This document shows, in pieces, positions 1 to 9,095 of a DNA stretch of 64,000 nucleotides. Every line of letters begins with the position of its first letter. Position 1 is the first letter of the stretch. This DNA is from an uncultured Actinomycetes bacterium (GTDB lineage: Bacteria; Actinomycetota; JAICYB01). The stretch spans positions 30,061 to 94,060 of the forward strand of contig CAZLKN010000001.1 in assembly GCA_964560135.1 (NCBI GenBank), written 5' to 3'. Under the pieces are notes generated by a model. The model was given only the letters and a program-made list of their open reading frames with translations. It searched no databases and was not told the origin of the DNA. The position numbers were made by a program, and so were the translations under genes.

Positions 1-1610
1 GCTTCTTTCGTGCGGGCACGGTCGGCGAGGTCCCGCTCGACCTCGGAGGGGTCGAGCCACCCGAGACGTTGTCTGAGCCTGATGTCGTCCCCCGACCAGA
101 ACGCGGCGAAGGGCGGCATGTCGTGGGTGTTGAGGCTGGCGAAGGCCATCTTCGGGACCGGGGTCACGGGAGGGTCCTCGTCTGGTGTGACCTCGTACTG
201 GAGCACGTAGGTCCGGTGCAGGCCGTGGCGGCGCATCGCCGAGCGCACGCCGCGCGGAACGGTCCCCAGATCCTCGCCGACGATCGCCGTTCCCGCCCGG
301 TGGGCTTCGAGGCACAGGATCGCGTACAGCTCGTCGGAGGGATAGCGGACGTACACGCCGTCGGTGGGTGTGTGCCCCGCCGGGATCCAGTACAGGCGGT
401 GGAGGCCCATGACGTGGTCGATCCGCACCACGCCGGCGTACCGGACCAGCCGGGCGATCACTGTGCGGAGATGATCGTAGCCCTCCTCACGCAGGTGACG
501 GGGATGCAGGGGCATGAACCCCCAGTCCTGCCCGCCGGTGAAGAACCTGTCCGGAGGCGCCCCTGCGGAGGCTCCCATGGCGAAGCAGGAACGGTGCCGC
601 CAGACGTCGTAGCCGTTGGGGTCGGAGCCCACCGGGAGGTCCAGGTAGAGGTCGCCCCGGTCGCGCCGTCCGATGGCCTCCAACTGTTCGGCGACGACCC
701 ACTGGGCGTAGAGGTGGTACCGCACGCGCGGGTCGCGGTCGTCCACGGTGATGCGGCCGTCTCGGGCTCCGGCGGGCCAGTCGGGCCACGGCGCCCGGTG
801 CGCTTCGGTGGCCGCTCGGAAGCCCGCGTAGTCGCGCACCTCCGGCGTGCCGGCGACGAAGTTCGCGAGGGCGCCCCGACGGGCGCCGTCCGTCCGGTCG
901 AAGACGTGCCGCGCGAGCATCTCCAGGACGCGCCGCTTCAGCGCCGCCACGCCACGGTGATCCACCAGCGCGGTGGAACGCAGCGCATCCGTCTCCGCGC
1001 GAAACCCCGGGGAAGCCATGAGCTCCCGTGCTTCCGGGCAGTCGGCCAGATCCGGGATGCGCTCCGGGTCGACGAGGGTCTCATCGAAGAACAGCCGGCT
1101 CGCCGGGGAGTAGGGGCTGGGCTCGAACGGATGCTCGCCCGTGAACCGCGCCAGCAGGGGCAGCGTGGCCACCACGTCGCCGCCGAGTCCGGCGACCCGG
1201 TCCAGGAGGGCTTCCATCTCGGTGAGATCGCCGATCCCAGTGTCGCGTCGCGACCGCAGCGCGTAGAGGGGAGCGAAGATTCCCCACGTCCGGCCGATAC
1301 TCGGGGCCCGCCGGGGGGCCGAGATCACGAGGGATTCGGCGGTGCGGCTCCCGGACTCGGCGTGCAGGCGGTGGTAGCCGAGTGGCAGCGGCTCGGGGAG
1401 GCGCGTGGACGGTGGCTCTCCGTGCCAGGAGCGGTCCTCACCGTGTTCCAGCCGCAGATGGAGCTCGGCGGGGGCCCGGAGCGGTATGACCACATCGCGA
1501 CCCTCCCACGCCACGAGCACGGGCTCCAGGAGCCGCTCCTCCAGCTCGGCCTGCCGCGCCCGCAGCGCCTCGGACGCGCCCCGGGGGTCCTCCAGTGGTG
1601 CTCCGAGCAC
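1..1610 (-). CDS. malQ: 4-alpha-glucanotransferase (amylomaltase, MalQ). The 3' end runs off the window. The 5' end is set at the first canonical in-frame start, GTG at 1610. Conserved N-terminal homology continues upstream to about 1735 with no ATG/GTG/TTG in frame.
   Basis: The minus-strand translation contains RIDHVMGLHRLYWIP and GEDLGTVP, which are hallmark MalQ motifs. An N-terminal segment TDALRSLARSYGVQVSFTDVGG matches the actinobacterial MalQ N-terminus (compare C. glutamicum LNELADLYGVATSYTDYKG). The ORF is absent from the six-frame track because its stop codon lies beyond position 1. Confidence 0.8.
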   Translation of the reverse strand, partial: MLGAPLEDPRGASEALRARQAELEERLLEPVLVAWEGRDVVIPLRAPAELHLRLEHGEDRSWHGEPPSTRLPEPLPLGYHRLHAESGSRTAESLVISAPRRAPSIGRTWGIFAPLYALRSRRDTGIGDLTEMEALLDRVAGLGGDVVATLPLLARFTGEHPFEPSPYSPASRLFFDETLVDPERIPDLADCPEARELMASPGFRAETDALRSTALVDHRGVAALKRRVLEMLARHVFDRTDGARRGALANFVAGTPEVRDYAGFRAATEAHRAPWPDWPAGARDGRITVDDRDPRVRYHLYAQWVVAEQLEAIGRRDRGDLYLDLPVGSDPNGYDVWRHRSCFAMGASAGAPPDRFFTGGQDWGFMPLHPRHLREEGYDHLRTVIARLVRYAGVVRIDHVMGLHRLYWIPAGHTPTDGVYVRYPSDELYAILCLEAHRAGTAIVGEDLGTVPRGVRSAMRRHGLHRTYVLQYEVTPDEDPPVTPVPKMAFASLNTHDMPPFAAFWSGDDIRLRQRLGWLDPSEVERDLADRARTKE

Positions 1611-1729
1611 CCGGAGCGCGCCGGCGATCGCGCGGTTCGACGCCCGCCGGCGGCGGCCCCCGACGTCGGTGAAGGAGACCTGGACGCCGTAGCTGCGGGC
1701 CAGGGACCGGAGGGCGTCGGTGCTCTGGG

Positions 1730-4700
1730 TCAGCTCCGGTCCTCCAGGAGTTGGAGGATGCCCTGGATCGGGATCTTCAGCCAGTCCGGTCTGTTGTTGG
1801 CCTCGTAGGAGATCTCGTACACGGCCTTCTCGATCAGGAAGGTTTCCAGGAGCACCTCGATGTGCCGCGGGTCCTCCGGGATGAAGCGCGATCCGGCGGC
1901 GGTTTCCAGGTAGGTCCCGAGGAAGGAGGCCGAGGTCCACAGGTACCAGAGCCGCGCCCAGGGATCGAGCACGGACGGGTCGTCCGGGAGCAGGCCGCCC
2001 TCCACGTCCTCGGACACGAGCGGGGTGTAGGCGGCGTAGTGGAAGGACCGGAGCATCCCCGCCACGTCGCGCAGGGGAGAGCGCTTGATGCGCCGTTCGC
2101 TCAACGGCCTGGCGGGTTCCCCCTCGAAGTCGATGATAACGAAGTCCTTCCCGGTATAGAGGACCTGGCCCAGGTGGTAGTCACCGTGGCACCGGATCCG
2201 GTCCGTCGTGATCTTCTCCCGGGTGAGCTGGTGGAAGCGCTGCGTGATCTCCTCTTCGAGGTCCAGGACCTGGGCTGCCTCCGGCAGGTGCTTCGCTCGC
2301 TGCCGCAGGAGGTGGAAGGTCCGCTCGGTGAGTGCGCGCATCGACTGGTACAAGGATCGCTGGTAGAGCGTACTGAAGGCCTCGGGAGCGAACGCCGCGT
2401 CCTCGGCCTGGGAGCACAGCGCCAGGTGCAACTCGGCGGTCCGTTGTCCGAGGAGCCGCGCGGAGCCCAGATACGGTCCGATGGCCTCGATGGCCTCGGC
2501 CGGTGGGGTCTGCCCGGCCAGCCGGAGCACGCCGGTCTCCCGCGGGAGGACCACTTCGTCTCGCTCCTCGGCCGGCACGGTCAGCGCCCGCTCGTAGAAC
2601 CGTCCCAGCTCGTCCAGCGTGTATCTCCATGCGTCGCCCTGGTTCGGGACGTACTCCTGGAGGATGGCCAGGGTCCTGGGGCGGCTCCGTCCGCGGCGGT
2701 ACTCGATCGCACCGGCGACCTTCGGCACGTGGGGGAAGGCGGCCCGCTCGGTCAGGAAGCGGCCGATCTCCAGGTCCGGATTGACGCCGGGATCGGGACG
2801 GCGGAAGAGCTTGAGGATGAAACGGTCTCCGTACGCGATGGAGGTGTTGCTCTGCTCGGCCCCCATGACGGACGGCTGCAGCTCCTCGTTGGCGCGCCGC
2901 CGGAGCTTGCTGAACGCGCCCGTGGTGGACGTCGTGAGCTTGCCGTGCTCCCCGGACAGGCTCCGCCGGCGGCCGATCAGCGAGAAGAGCATCTCGGCGA
3001 CGGGCTGCTCCCAGGTGGCGTCGACCAGCAGCTGCTCGCCGTCGCGGGTACGCAGCTTGGCGACCCCCGACCCCGGGTACCACTCGCTGAGCTCCTCGGC
3101 ACGGTCGCCCGACACCACGGTGAGCGGGAGCAGGTAAGTCTCCGCGTCCCCTTCCGTGTACTCCACGGAGACGAAAGCCAGCATCGCCAGCGGCTTGGAG
3201 GACCGGGACGGCTTCCCGCCCTTGGGGCCCTCGACCCGCGCGGGGAGCGGGACCGCCTCCTCCAGTTCGACGGACTTGATCTTCCGTGCCTTGCCACCGA
3301 ACCACCGGCGTCCACGGATCCAGGCGGGCAGGATCTCCTCGAGCTCCGAGCGCCCGCGCTTCGAGAACAGCTGCGTCCACGCTCCCACCTCGATGGTGCG
3401 CAGACGGGGTGTGGGGACGTCCGCCTCCTGGCGGGGCGCCTCCAGGGAGAACCAGTAGAAGGCGTGGGGGCCGAGGGTCAGGAAGTACGGGAGTTCGCCG
3501 ACCGGGGGGAACTCGTGGTGGCCGAACACCTCGACGGGAACCGCGCCGCGGTGGGCAGAGAGGTCGAGCTCGACGTACTGCACGAACCGCGAGAGGTTCG
3601 CGACCACGAGGATGTGTTCGTCCTCGTGGGATCGGAGGAACACGAGCACCTTGCGATTTTCCGGATACAAGAACTCGATCGATCCCCGTCCGAAGGCCTG
3701 ATAGCGCTTCCGGAGAGCGATCAGGCGCTTCGTCCACCACAGCAGCGAGTGGGGGTTGTTCTGCTGAGCCTCCACGTTCACGGCCTCGGCGTGGTACTCG
3801 GGGTCGATGATCACGGGGAGGAACAGCCGCTGCGGGTTGGCGCGGGAGAACCCTGCGTTGCGGTCGGAGGACCACTGCATGGGGGTACGGACGGCGTTAC
3901 GGTCGCCCAGGTAGATGTTGTCGCCCATGCCGATCTCGTCGCCGTAATAGACGATCGGCGTGCCTGGGAGCGAGAAGAGCAGCCCGTTCATGAGCTCGAT
4001 CTTCTTGCGGTCCCCCTGTAGGAGCGGAGCGAGCCGCCGCCGGATGCCGAGGTTGACCCGTGCCTGCGGATCCTCCGCGTAGGCCCGGTACATGTAGTCC
4101 CGCTCCTCGTCGGTCACCATCTCGAGCGTCAGCTCGTCATGGTTGCGGAGGAACATCGCCCACTGCGCGTTGGGCGGTATCGCCGGCGTCTGCTTGAGGA
4201 TGTCGATGATCGGGAACCGGTCCTCCATCCGGATCGCCATGAACATCCGTGGCATCACCGGGAAGTGGAAGGCCATGTTGCATTCGTCGCCGTCGCCGAA
4301 GTAGGTCACGGCGTCCTCGGGCCACTGGTTGGCTTCGGCCAGCAGCATCCGGCTGCCGAACCGCTCGTCGACGTGGGCCCGCAGCTTCTTCAGGAACGCG
4401 TGGGTCTGGGGGAGGTTCTCGCAGTTCGTCCCTTCCTGCTCGTACAGGTAGGGAACGGCGTCGAGGCGCATGCCGTCCACCCCCATGGCGAACCAGAAGT
4501 CCACGACCTCCAGCAGGGCGCGGTGCACCACGGGGTTCTCGAAGTTGAGGTCCGGCTGGTGGGAGTAGAAGCGGTGCCAGTAGTAGGCCTGCGCCTCGTG
4601 ATCCCAGGTCCAATTCGAGACCTCGAAGTCCTGGAAGATGATCCGGGCGTCCTGGTAGCGCTCCGGGGTGTCGCTCCACACGTAGAAGTCGCGCTCGGGC

Positions 4701-5077
4701 GAACCCGCGGGGGCCCGCCTGGCCCGCTGGAACCAGGGGTGCTGATCGGAGGTGTGGTTCAGCACGAGCTCGGTGATCACCCGCAGGCCCTGCCGGCGGG
4801 CCTCGCGCATGAACAACCGGAAGTCGCGCAGTGTGCCGTAGTTGGCGTGGATGTTGGTGTAGTCGGCGGTGTCGTACCCGTCGTCACGCAACGGGGAGGG
4901 GTAGAAGGGGAGGATCCAGATGGCCGTGACGCCGAGATCCTGGAGGTAGTCGAGTTTCTGCGTCAGGCCGCGGAAGTCGCCGATGCCGTCGGAGTCGGAG
5001 TCGTGGAAGGCACGGATGTGCGTCTGGTAGATGACGGCATCCTTGTACCAGAGCGGATCCTCGTTTGATCCGGTCAC
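1730..5077 (-). CDS. treS: Fusion of trehalose synthase (TreS) and maltokinase (Pep2/Mak).
   Basis: The N-terminal roughly 600 aa is a GH13 trehalose synthase (EDPLWYKDAVIYQ, GIGDFRGL, GVDGMRLDAVPYL, NHDELTLEM). The C-terminal roughly 450 aa is maltokinase-like (DFEGEP...RSPLRDVAGMLRSFHYAAY). The start was chosen as GTG at 5077 because of the upstream GAGGGG RBS and because it lies 10 nt downstream of the glgE stop. Confidence 0.85.
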   Translation of the reverse strand: MTGSNEDPLWYKDAVIYQTHIRAFHDSDSDGIGDFRGLTQKLDYLQDLGVTAIWILPFYPSPLRDDGYDTADYTNIHANYGTLRDFRLFMREARRQGLRVITELVLNHTSDQHPWFQRARRAPAGSPERDFYVWSDTPERYQDARIIFQDFEVSNWTWDHEAQAYYWHRFYSHQPDLNFENPVVHRALLEVVDFWFAMGVDGMRLDAVPYLYEQEGTNCENLPQTHAFLKKLRAHVDERFGSRMLLAEANQWPEDAVTYFGDGDECNMAFHFPVMPRMFMAIRMEDRFPIIDILKQTPAIPPNAQWAMFLRNHDELTLEMVTDEERDYMYRAYAEDPQARVNLGIRRRLAPLLQGDRKKIELMNGLLFSLPGTPIVYYGDEIGMGDNIYLGDRNAVRTPMQWSSDRNAGFSRANPQRLFLPVIIDPEYHAEAVNVEAQQNNPHSLLWWTKRLIALRKRYQAFGRGSIEFLYPENRKVLVFLRSHEDEHILVVANLSRFVQYVELDLSAHRGAVPVEVFGHHEFPPVGELPYFLTLGPHAFYWFSLEAPRQEADVPTPRLRTIEVGAWTQLFSKRGRSELEEILPAWIRGRRWFGGKARKIKSVELEEAVPLPARVEGPKGGKPSRSSKPLAMLAFVSVEYTEGDAETYLLPLTVVSGDRAEELSEWYPGSGVAKLRTRDGEQLLVDATWEQPVAEMLFSLIGRRRSLSGEHGKLTTSTTGAFSKLRRRANEELQPSVMGAEQSNTSIAYGDRFILKLFRRPDPGVNPDLEIGRFLTERAAFPHVPKVAGAIEYRRGRSRPRTLAILQEYVPNQGDAWRYTLDELGRFYERALTVPAEERDEVVLPRETGVLRLAGQTPPAEAIEAIGPYLGSARLLGQRTAELHLALCSQAEDAAFAPEAFSTLYQRSLYQSMRALTERTFHLLRQRAKHLPEAAQVLDLEEEITQRFHQLTREKITTDRIRCHGDYHLGQVLYTGKDFVIIDFEGEPARPLSERRIKRSPLRDVAGMLRSFHYAAYTPLVSEDVEGGLLPDDPSVLDPWARLWYLWTSASFLGTYLETAAGSRFIPEDPRHIEVLLETFLIEKAVYEISYEANNRPDWLKIPIQGILQLLEDRS

Positions 5078-5087
5078 GCGCAGCCCC

Positions 5088-7064
5088 TCACATGAAGTAG
5101 TCGAAGTCGTGTTCGGTCCGGACCCGATGCCGGAGCCGGAAGATGTGGGCCGGCATCGAATGGGGATCGATCTCCACGTAGTTGTGCGGCCCATGCCAGA
5201 GGTACCTTGCGTCGGTGAGCAGGTCGTGGACCTGGTACGGGTGCTCCTCGGAGATGCCGAGTTCCGCCAGCGGCAGGCTGACCCAGCCCGACCGGGCATG
5301 GCTCGGATCGAGGTTCACGACCGTCAGGATCGCGTTCTCGCCGTCGTCGCTCACCTTCGAGTACGCGATCAGCTCCTCGTTGTCGATGGGGTGGAATTGC
5401 AGGGTGCGGTCGGTCTGCAGCGCCGGGTTCTCACGCCGGATCCGGTTGATCCGTCCGATCAGATCGGCGAGGCTGCCCGGATCGTCCAGGTTCCAGGACC
5501 GGATCTCGAATTTCTCGGAGTGCAGGTACTCCTCCCTCCCCGGGGCCACCGGCTCGCTCACGCAGAGCTCGAAGGCCGGTCCGTAGATGCCGTAGTTGGC
5601 GCTGAGCGTTGCCGCGAGGATGAGCCTGGACATGAAGGCCGGACGCCCGCCCCACTGGAGCAGCTCCGGCAGGATGTCCGGCGTGTTCGGCCAGAGGTTG
5701 GGACGGAAGAACTCTCCGACCACGGCCATATCGGCGAAGTACGATTCCAGCTCCCACTTGGCGTTCCGCCAGGTGAAGTAGGTGTACGACTGCGTGAACC
5801 CGAGCTTCGCCAGGGCGTACATCACCCGCGGACGCGTGAAGGCTTCGGACAGGAAGATCACCTCGGGATGCCGGGCTTTCACCTCGGCGATCATCCACTC
5901 CCAGAACGGGAAGGCCTTCGTGTGTGGGTTGTCCACGCGGAAGATCGTGATCCCACGGTCGATCCAGAACTCGACGACCCCACGCAAAGCCTCCCACAGC
6001 TCCTGCCACGCCTCGGTCTCGAAGTCGAGCGGATAGATGTCCTCGTAGCGTTTCGGCGGGTTCTCCGCATACCGGATCGTGCCGTCGGGCAGGCGCCGGA
6101 ACCACTCGGGATGCTCCTTCGTCCACGGATGATCGGGTGAGCACTGATAGGCGACGTCCATGGCGACCTCGAGGCCGTGCCGCCGCGCGGCGGCGACGAA
6201 CCGGTCGAAGTCCTCGAGCGTCCCGAGGTCGGGATGGACGGCAGTGTGGCCACCGTCCTCGGAGCCGATCGCCCACGGGCTTCCGACGTCCCCCGGCTCA
6301 CCTCGGGGTGCGTTGTTCTTTCCCTTGCGGTTGGTGGTGCCGATGGGATGGATCGGTGGCAGGTACACGATGTCGAAGCCCATGCGCGCGACGTAGGGGA
6401 GCACGCGCTCGGCGTCCTCGAGGATGCCGTGATTCTCGCCGGAGCCGAAGGACCGCGGGAAGAACTCGTACCACGAGGAGAAGCCCGCCCGCGGCGGGTC
6501 CACGACCACCTCGAGCTCCCGTGGATAGGTGGTGGCGAGGCTGCGATCGGGGTGGGCCTCCATGAGGGCGCGCAGCTCGGGGTCGAAGGCCATCTCCGGG
6601 CCCTCGGCCTCCTCGAGGCGCTTGGCCCAGCTCCGCAGTCGGGTTCGCTGGGGACCCTTGGCGCGCTTGGCGGCGGCGGCGGCGAGCTCGGCCCCCACGA
6701 GCAGGTCCACGGAGACGTCGACGCCGGCGTCCACCTTCTTGCGCAGGTCCCGGTACCAGGTGCGGAACCGGTCCACCCAGCCGACCACGGTGTAGCGGTA
6801 CCGTCCGAGCTCGCCGACACGGAACGAGCCGGACCAGCGGTCGTTCCAGCCGAGCTCCATGGGTGTCTCGTGCCAGTCGCCGGCCTCACCGTCGGCGCGC
6901 CAGCACAGAACGACGGACACGGCATCGTGGCCGTCGGCGAAGGCGTCCGCCTCGACGGCCACCTCCTCCCCGGGCACCCGCTTGATCGGGAACCGGCCGG
7001 CGTCGATCTCGGGGTACACCCCTTCGATCAACACCCGCCGGCGCTCGGCTCCCGCCGTGCTCAC
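5088..7064 (-). CDS. glgE: Alpha-1,4-glucan:maltose-1-phosphate maltosyltransferase (GlgE).
   Basis: The 658-aa protein has an N-terminus VLIEGVYPEIDAGRFPIKRVPGEEVAVEADAFADGHDAV that is typical of GlgE, and a GH13 core. Its GTG start overlaps the upstream mscS stop as GTGA. Confidence 0.85.
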   Translation of the reverse strand: MSTAGAERRRVLIEGVYPEIDAGRFPIKRVPGEEVAVEADAFADGHDAVSVVLCWRADGEAGDWHETPMELGWNDRWSGSFRVGELGRYRYTVVGWVDRFRTWYRDLRKKVDAGVDVSVDLLVGAELAAAAAKRAKGPQRTRLRSWAKRLEEAEGPEMAFDPELRALMEAHPDRSLATTYPRELEVVVDPPRAGFSSWYEFFPRSFGSGENHGILEDAERVLPYVARMGFDIVYLPPIHPIGTTNRKGKNNAPRGEPGDVGSPWAIGSEDGGHTAVHPDLGTLEDFDRFVAAARRHGLEVAMDVAYQCSPDHPWTKEHPEWFRRLPDGTIRYAENPPKRYEDIYPLDFETEAWQELWEALRGVVEFWIDRGITIFRVDNPHTKAFPFWEWMIAEVKARHPEVIFLSEAFTRPRVMYALAKLGFTQSYTYFTWRNAKWELESYFADMAVVGEFFRPNLWPNTPDILPELLQWGGRPAFMSRLILAATLSANYGIYGPAFELCVSEPVAPGREEYLHSEKFEIRSWNLDDPGSLADLIGRINRIRRENPALQTDRTLQFHPIDNEELIAYSKVSDDGENAILTVVNLDPSHARSGWVSLPLAELGISEEHPYQVHDLLTDARYLWHGPHNYVEIDPHSMPAHIFRLRHRVRTEHDFDYFM

Positions 7065-8002
7065 CGCTTCTGGTCCTTCCTCTCGGGGGGCTTCTCACCC
7101 ATGCCGGCCTGACGGATCGCGTCGTCCTCGTAGCGGACGATGATCTGCCGGTGGGGGTAGGGGATCGAGATCCCCGCGTCGTCGTACGCGAGCTTGATCC
7201 GCCGGCGGAACTCGCGACCCGTTTCCCACTGCTTACCCGGCATGGTCTCGATGTACATCTTCACGCTGACCTGGGAGTCGGCGTAGTCGTCGACGCCGAG
7301 TACCGTCAGCGGCCCCAACATCACCCCCGCGAAGTCCGGCTCCTTGCGCATGTCATCGGCCACCGCCCGGACGATCCCGATGGCGCGGTCGACGTCCTCC
7401 TCGTAGGGCACCGGGAGGTCGAACAGGTAGCGGGAGAAGCCGCTCGTGAAGTTCGAGCTGACCGTGACCTCCCCGTTCGGGATCACATGACGCTGCCCGT
7501 TGAGGTCTCGTACGACGGTCGTGCGCAGGGTGATCTTCTCCACGAGCCCCGAGACGCCGGCCAGCTCGACGATGTCGCCGACGTGGTACTGGTCCTCCAG
7601 CAGGATGAAGAACCCCGAGATCACGTCGCGGACGAGGGATTGGGCACCGAACCCGATCGCCACCCCGCCGATCCCGGCCGCGGCCAGCAGGGGGCCGAGG
7701 TCGATCCCGGGGATCTGCCCCAGGATGAGCAGCACGGCCAGGCCCCAGATCAGGGCCGTGGAGGCCGTGCGCAGCACGCCGGCGATGGTCTGGGTGCGCT
7801 TCTGCTCGATGGCGCGCGCGGCGTCCATCCCCTCGACACCGAGCTTCCGCACGAAGCGACGGATCGACAACCGGATGATCCACTGGAGCAGCAGCGCGAT
7901 CCCGATGACCGCGCCGATGCGGATCAGGATGAAGATGTACCCGGGGATGTCCTCGGCTCCGGGGAGGTCCGGGAGCTCCTGGAGGAGTTCAGCCGCGTTC
8001 AT
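7061..8002 (-). CDS. Mechanosensitive ion channel, MscS family.
   Basis: The protein has an N-terminal transmembrane region and a conserved MS_channel core (GIGGVAIGFGAQSLVRDVISGFFILLEDQYHVGDIVEL...RTTVVRDLNGQRHVIPNG). A strong RBS (AGGAGGGGAGG) precedes the ATG. The stop overlaps the glgE start. Confidence 0.85.
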   Translation of the reverse strand: MNAAELLQELPDLPGAEDIPGYIFILIRIGAVIGIALLLQWIIRLSIRRFVRKLGVEGMDAARAIEQKRTQTIAGVLRTASTALIWGLAVLLILGQIPGIDLGPLLAAAGIGGVAIGFGAQSLVRDVISGFFILLEDQYHVGDIVELAGVSGLVEKITLRTTVVRDLNGQRHVIPNGEVTVSSNFTSGFSRYLFDLPVPYEEDVDRAIGIVRAVADDMRKEPDFAGVMLGPLTVLGVDDYADSQVSVKMYIETMPGKQWETGREFRRRIKLAYDDAGISIPYPHRQIIVRYEDDAIRQAGMGEKPPERKDQKR

Positions 8003-8049
8003 CGCCTCCCCTCCTGTCCGCCTGTTCCGTGTTCGGCTACCCGACGAGA

Positions 8050-9027
8050 CTATCGTGCCGCGTCATCGGAAGGCCGTCCGGGGGCGCCTCCCTCGGGGGC
8101 GAGGGTCGCGTCGGGTGCAGGGGGAGCGGCGCGTGTGCCGGGGCGGCGCTCGTCCGGCCACAGCCGCTCGATCTCGGCGTTGAGCTCGGCCCCCACGAGG
8201 ATGGCCACGGCGGTCAGGAACAGCCACAGGAGGATCGCGATCGGGGTGGCCAGCGGGCCGTAGACGGTGTCGCCCTGGATGGTCCACGCCACGTAGAGAC
8301 GGAGCGCGCCGGCCCCCGCGAGCCAGATGGCCGCCGCGACCATCGCGCCGGGAAGGTCCCGGATCCAGCGGGTCCCCCGCGGAGGCGCCGCATGGTAGAA
8401 GGTCGCGAGCATCCCGATCCCGAGCATCCCGACCACGGGCCAGTACAGAACCCGCCACGCCGTGGCCATCGCGGCATCGAGCCCGAGCGGCCGCACGAGC
8501 GCCTCTCCCAACCGGGGTCCGGCGATGAGCACGGGCATCAGGACAGCGATGGCGAGCACCGCCCCGAAGGTCATCCCCAGGGCCACGATGCGTCGCCGGA
8601 CCGCCGAGCGGGTATCAGGTTCGTTGTAGGCCATGGCGACGGCGTCGTTCAGAACCCGGACGGCGCGGGAGGAGGACCACAACGCGATGACGGCACCGAT
8701 CGACACCACGTCGGCCCGGCCCTCGAACAGCAGCTCGTCGATGGTGGGCTCGAGCCACTGCTCACGTGTCTGGGGGGTGAGGAACGAGCCGGCCCCACCC
8801 AGGATCTGCTCGCGGAGCGCATCGAGCGTGTCGGGACCCAGCGCTTCTCCGACGAACCCGAGGGTGCCGAGGATCGCGAGCAGGAACGGCGGCAGTGACA
8901 GGAGGGTGAAGAACGCGACCTCCGCCCCGAGCCCGATCACCCGGTCGCCGTTCGCAGCCCCCACCGTACGGGTGACGAGCGTCAGGGCCGCTTGGGCGCC
9001 GCTCGGCCGATCAGGGTTCGTGCCCAC
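8050..9027 (-). CDS. YihY/BrkB (virulence factor BrkB / RNase BN-like) family membrane protein.
   Basis: The sequence shows the YihY signature (GAEVAFFTLLSLPPFLLAILG) and has multiple transmembrane segments. The start is GTG. Confidence 0.75.
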   Translation of the reverse strand: MGTNPDRPSGAQAALTLVTRTVGAANGDRVIGLGAEVAFFTLLSLPPFLLAILGTLGFVGEALGPDTLDALREQILGGAGSFLTPQTREQWLEPTIDELLFEGRADVVSIGAVIALWSSSRAVRVLNDAVAMAYNEPDTRSAVRRRIVALGMTFGAVLAIAVLMPVLIAGPRLGEALVRPLGLDAAMATAWRVLYWPVVGMLGIGMLATFYHAAPPRGTRWIRDLPGAMVAAAIWLAGAGALRLYVAWTIQGDTVYGPLATPIAILLWLFLTAVAILVGAELNAEIERLWPDERRPGTRAAPPAPDATLAPEGGAPGRPSDDAAR

Positions 9028-9095
9028 GGTCCGAGTCTACGCCGGGGCGTCGAGCGCCTTGCCCGCTTCTCGTGTGGGACGGTAGCGTCGTGGAC

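Noticed and set aside
1730-1760. TreS-Mak-MalQ triple fusion via the treS/malQ junction
   Set aside because: The two genes are in different frames and a clean TGA ends treS. A fusion would need an undetected indel. The idea is retained only as an alternative explanation in the malQ start finding.
69-1808. 579-aa plus-strand ORF covering the window start
   Set aside because: This ORF is antisense to a clear MalQ coding frame on the minus strand (RIDHVMGLHRLYWIP, GEDLGTVP). Its translation is Arg/Gly/Pro/Val-rich low complexity, typical of high-GC shadow ORFs.
1751-4021. 756-aa plus-strand ORF and 564-aa minus-strand ORF (2181-3875) inside the treS region
   Set aside because: Both are shadow frames of the TreS-Mak gene. 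They have no motifs and an RGPA-biased composition.
5031-6925. Several 100-370-aa ORFs overlapping glgE in other frames
   Set aside because: They are alternate frames of a well-supported GlgE gene.
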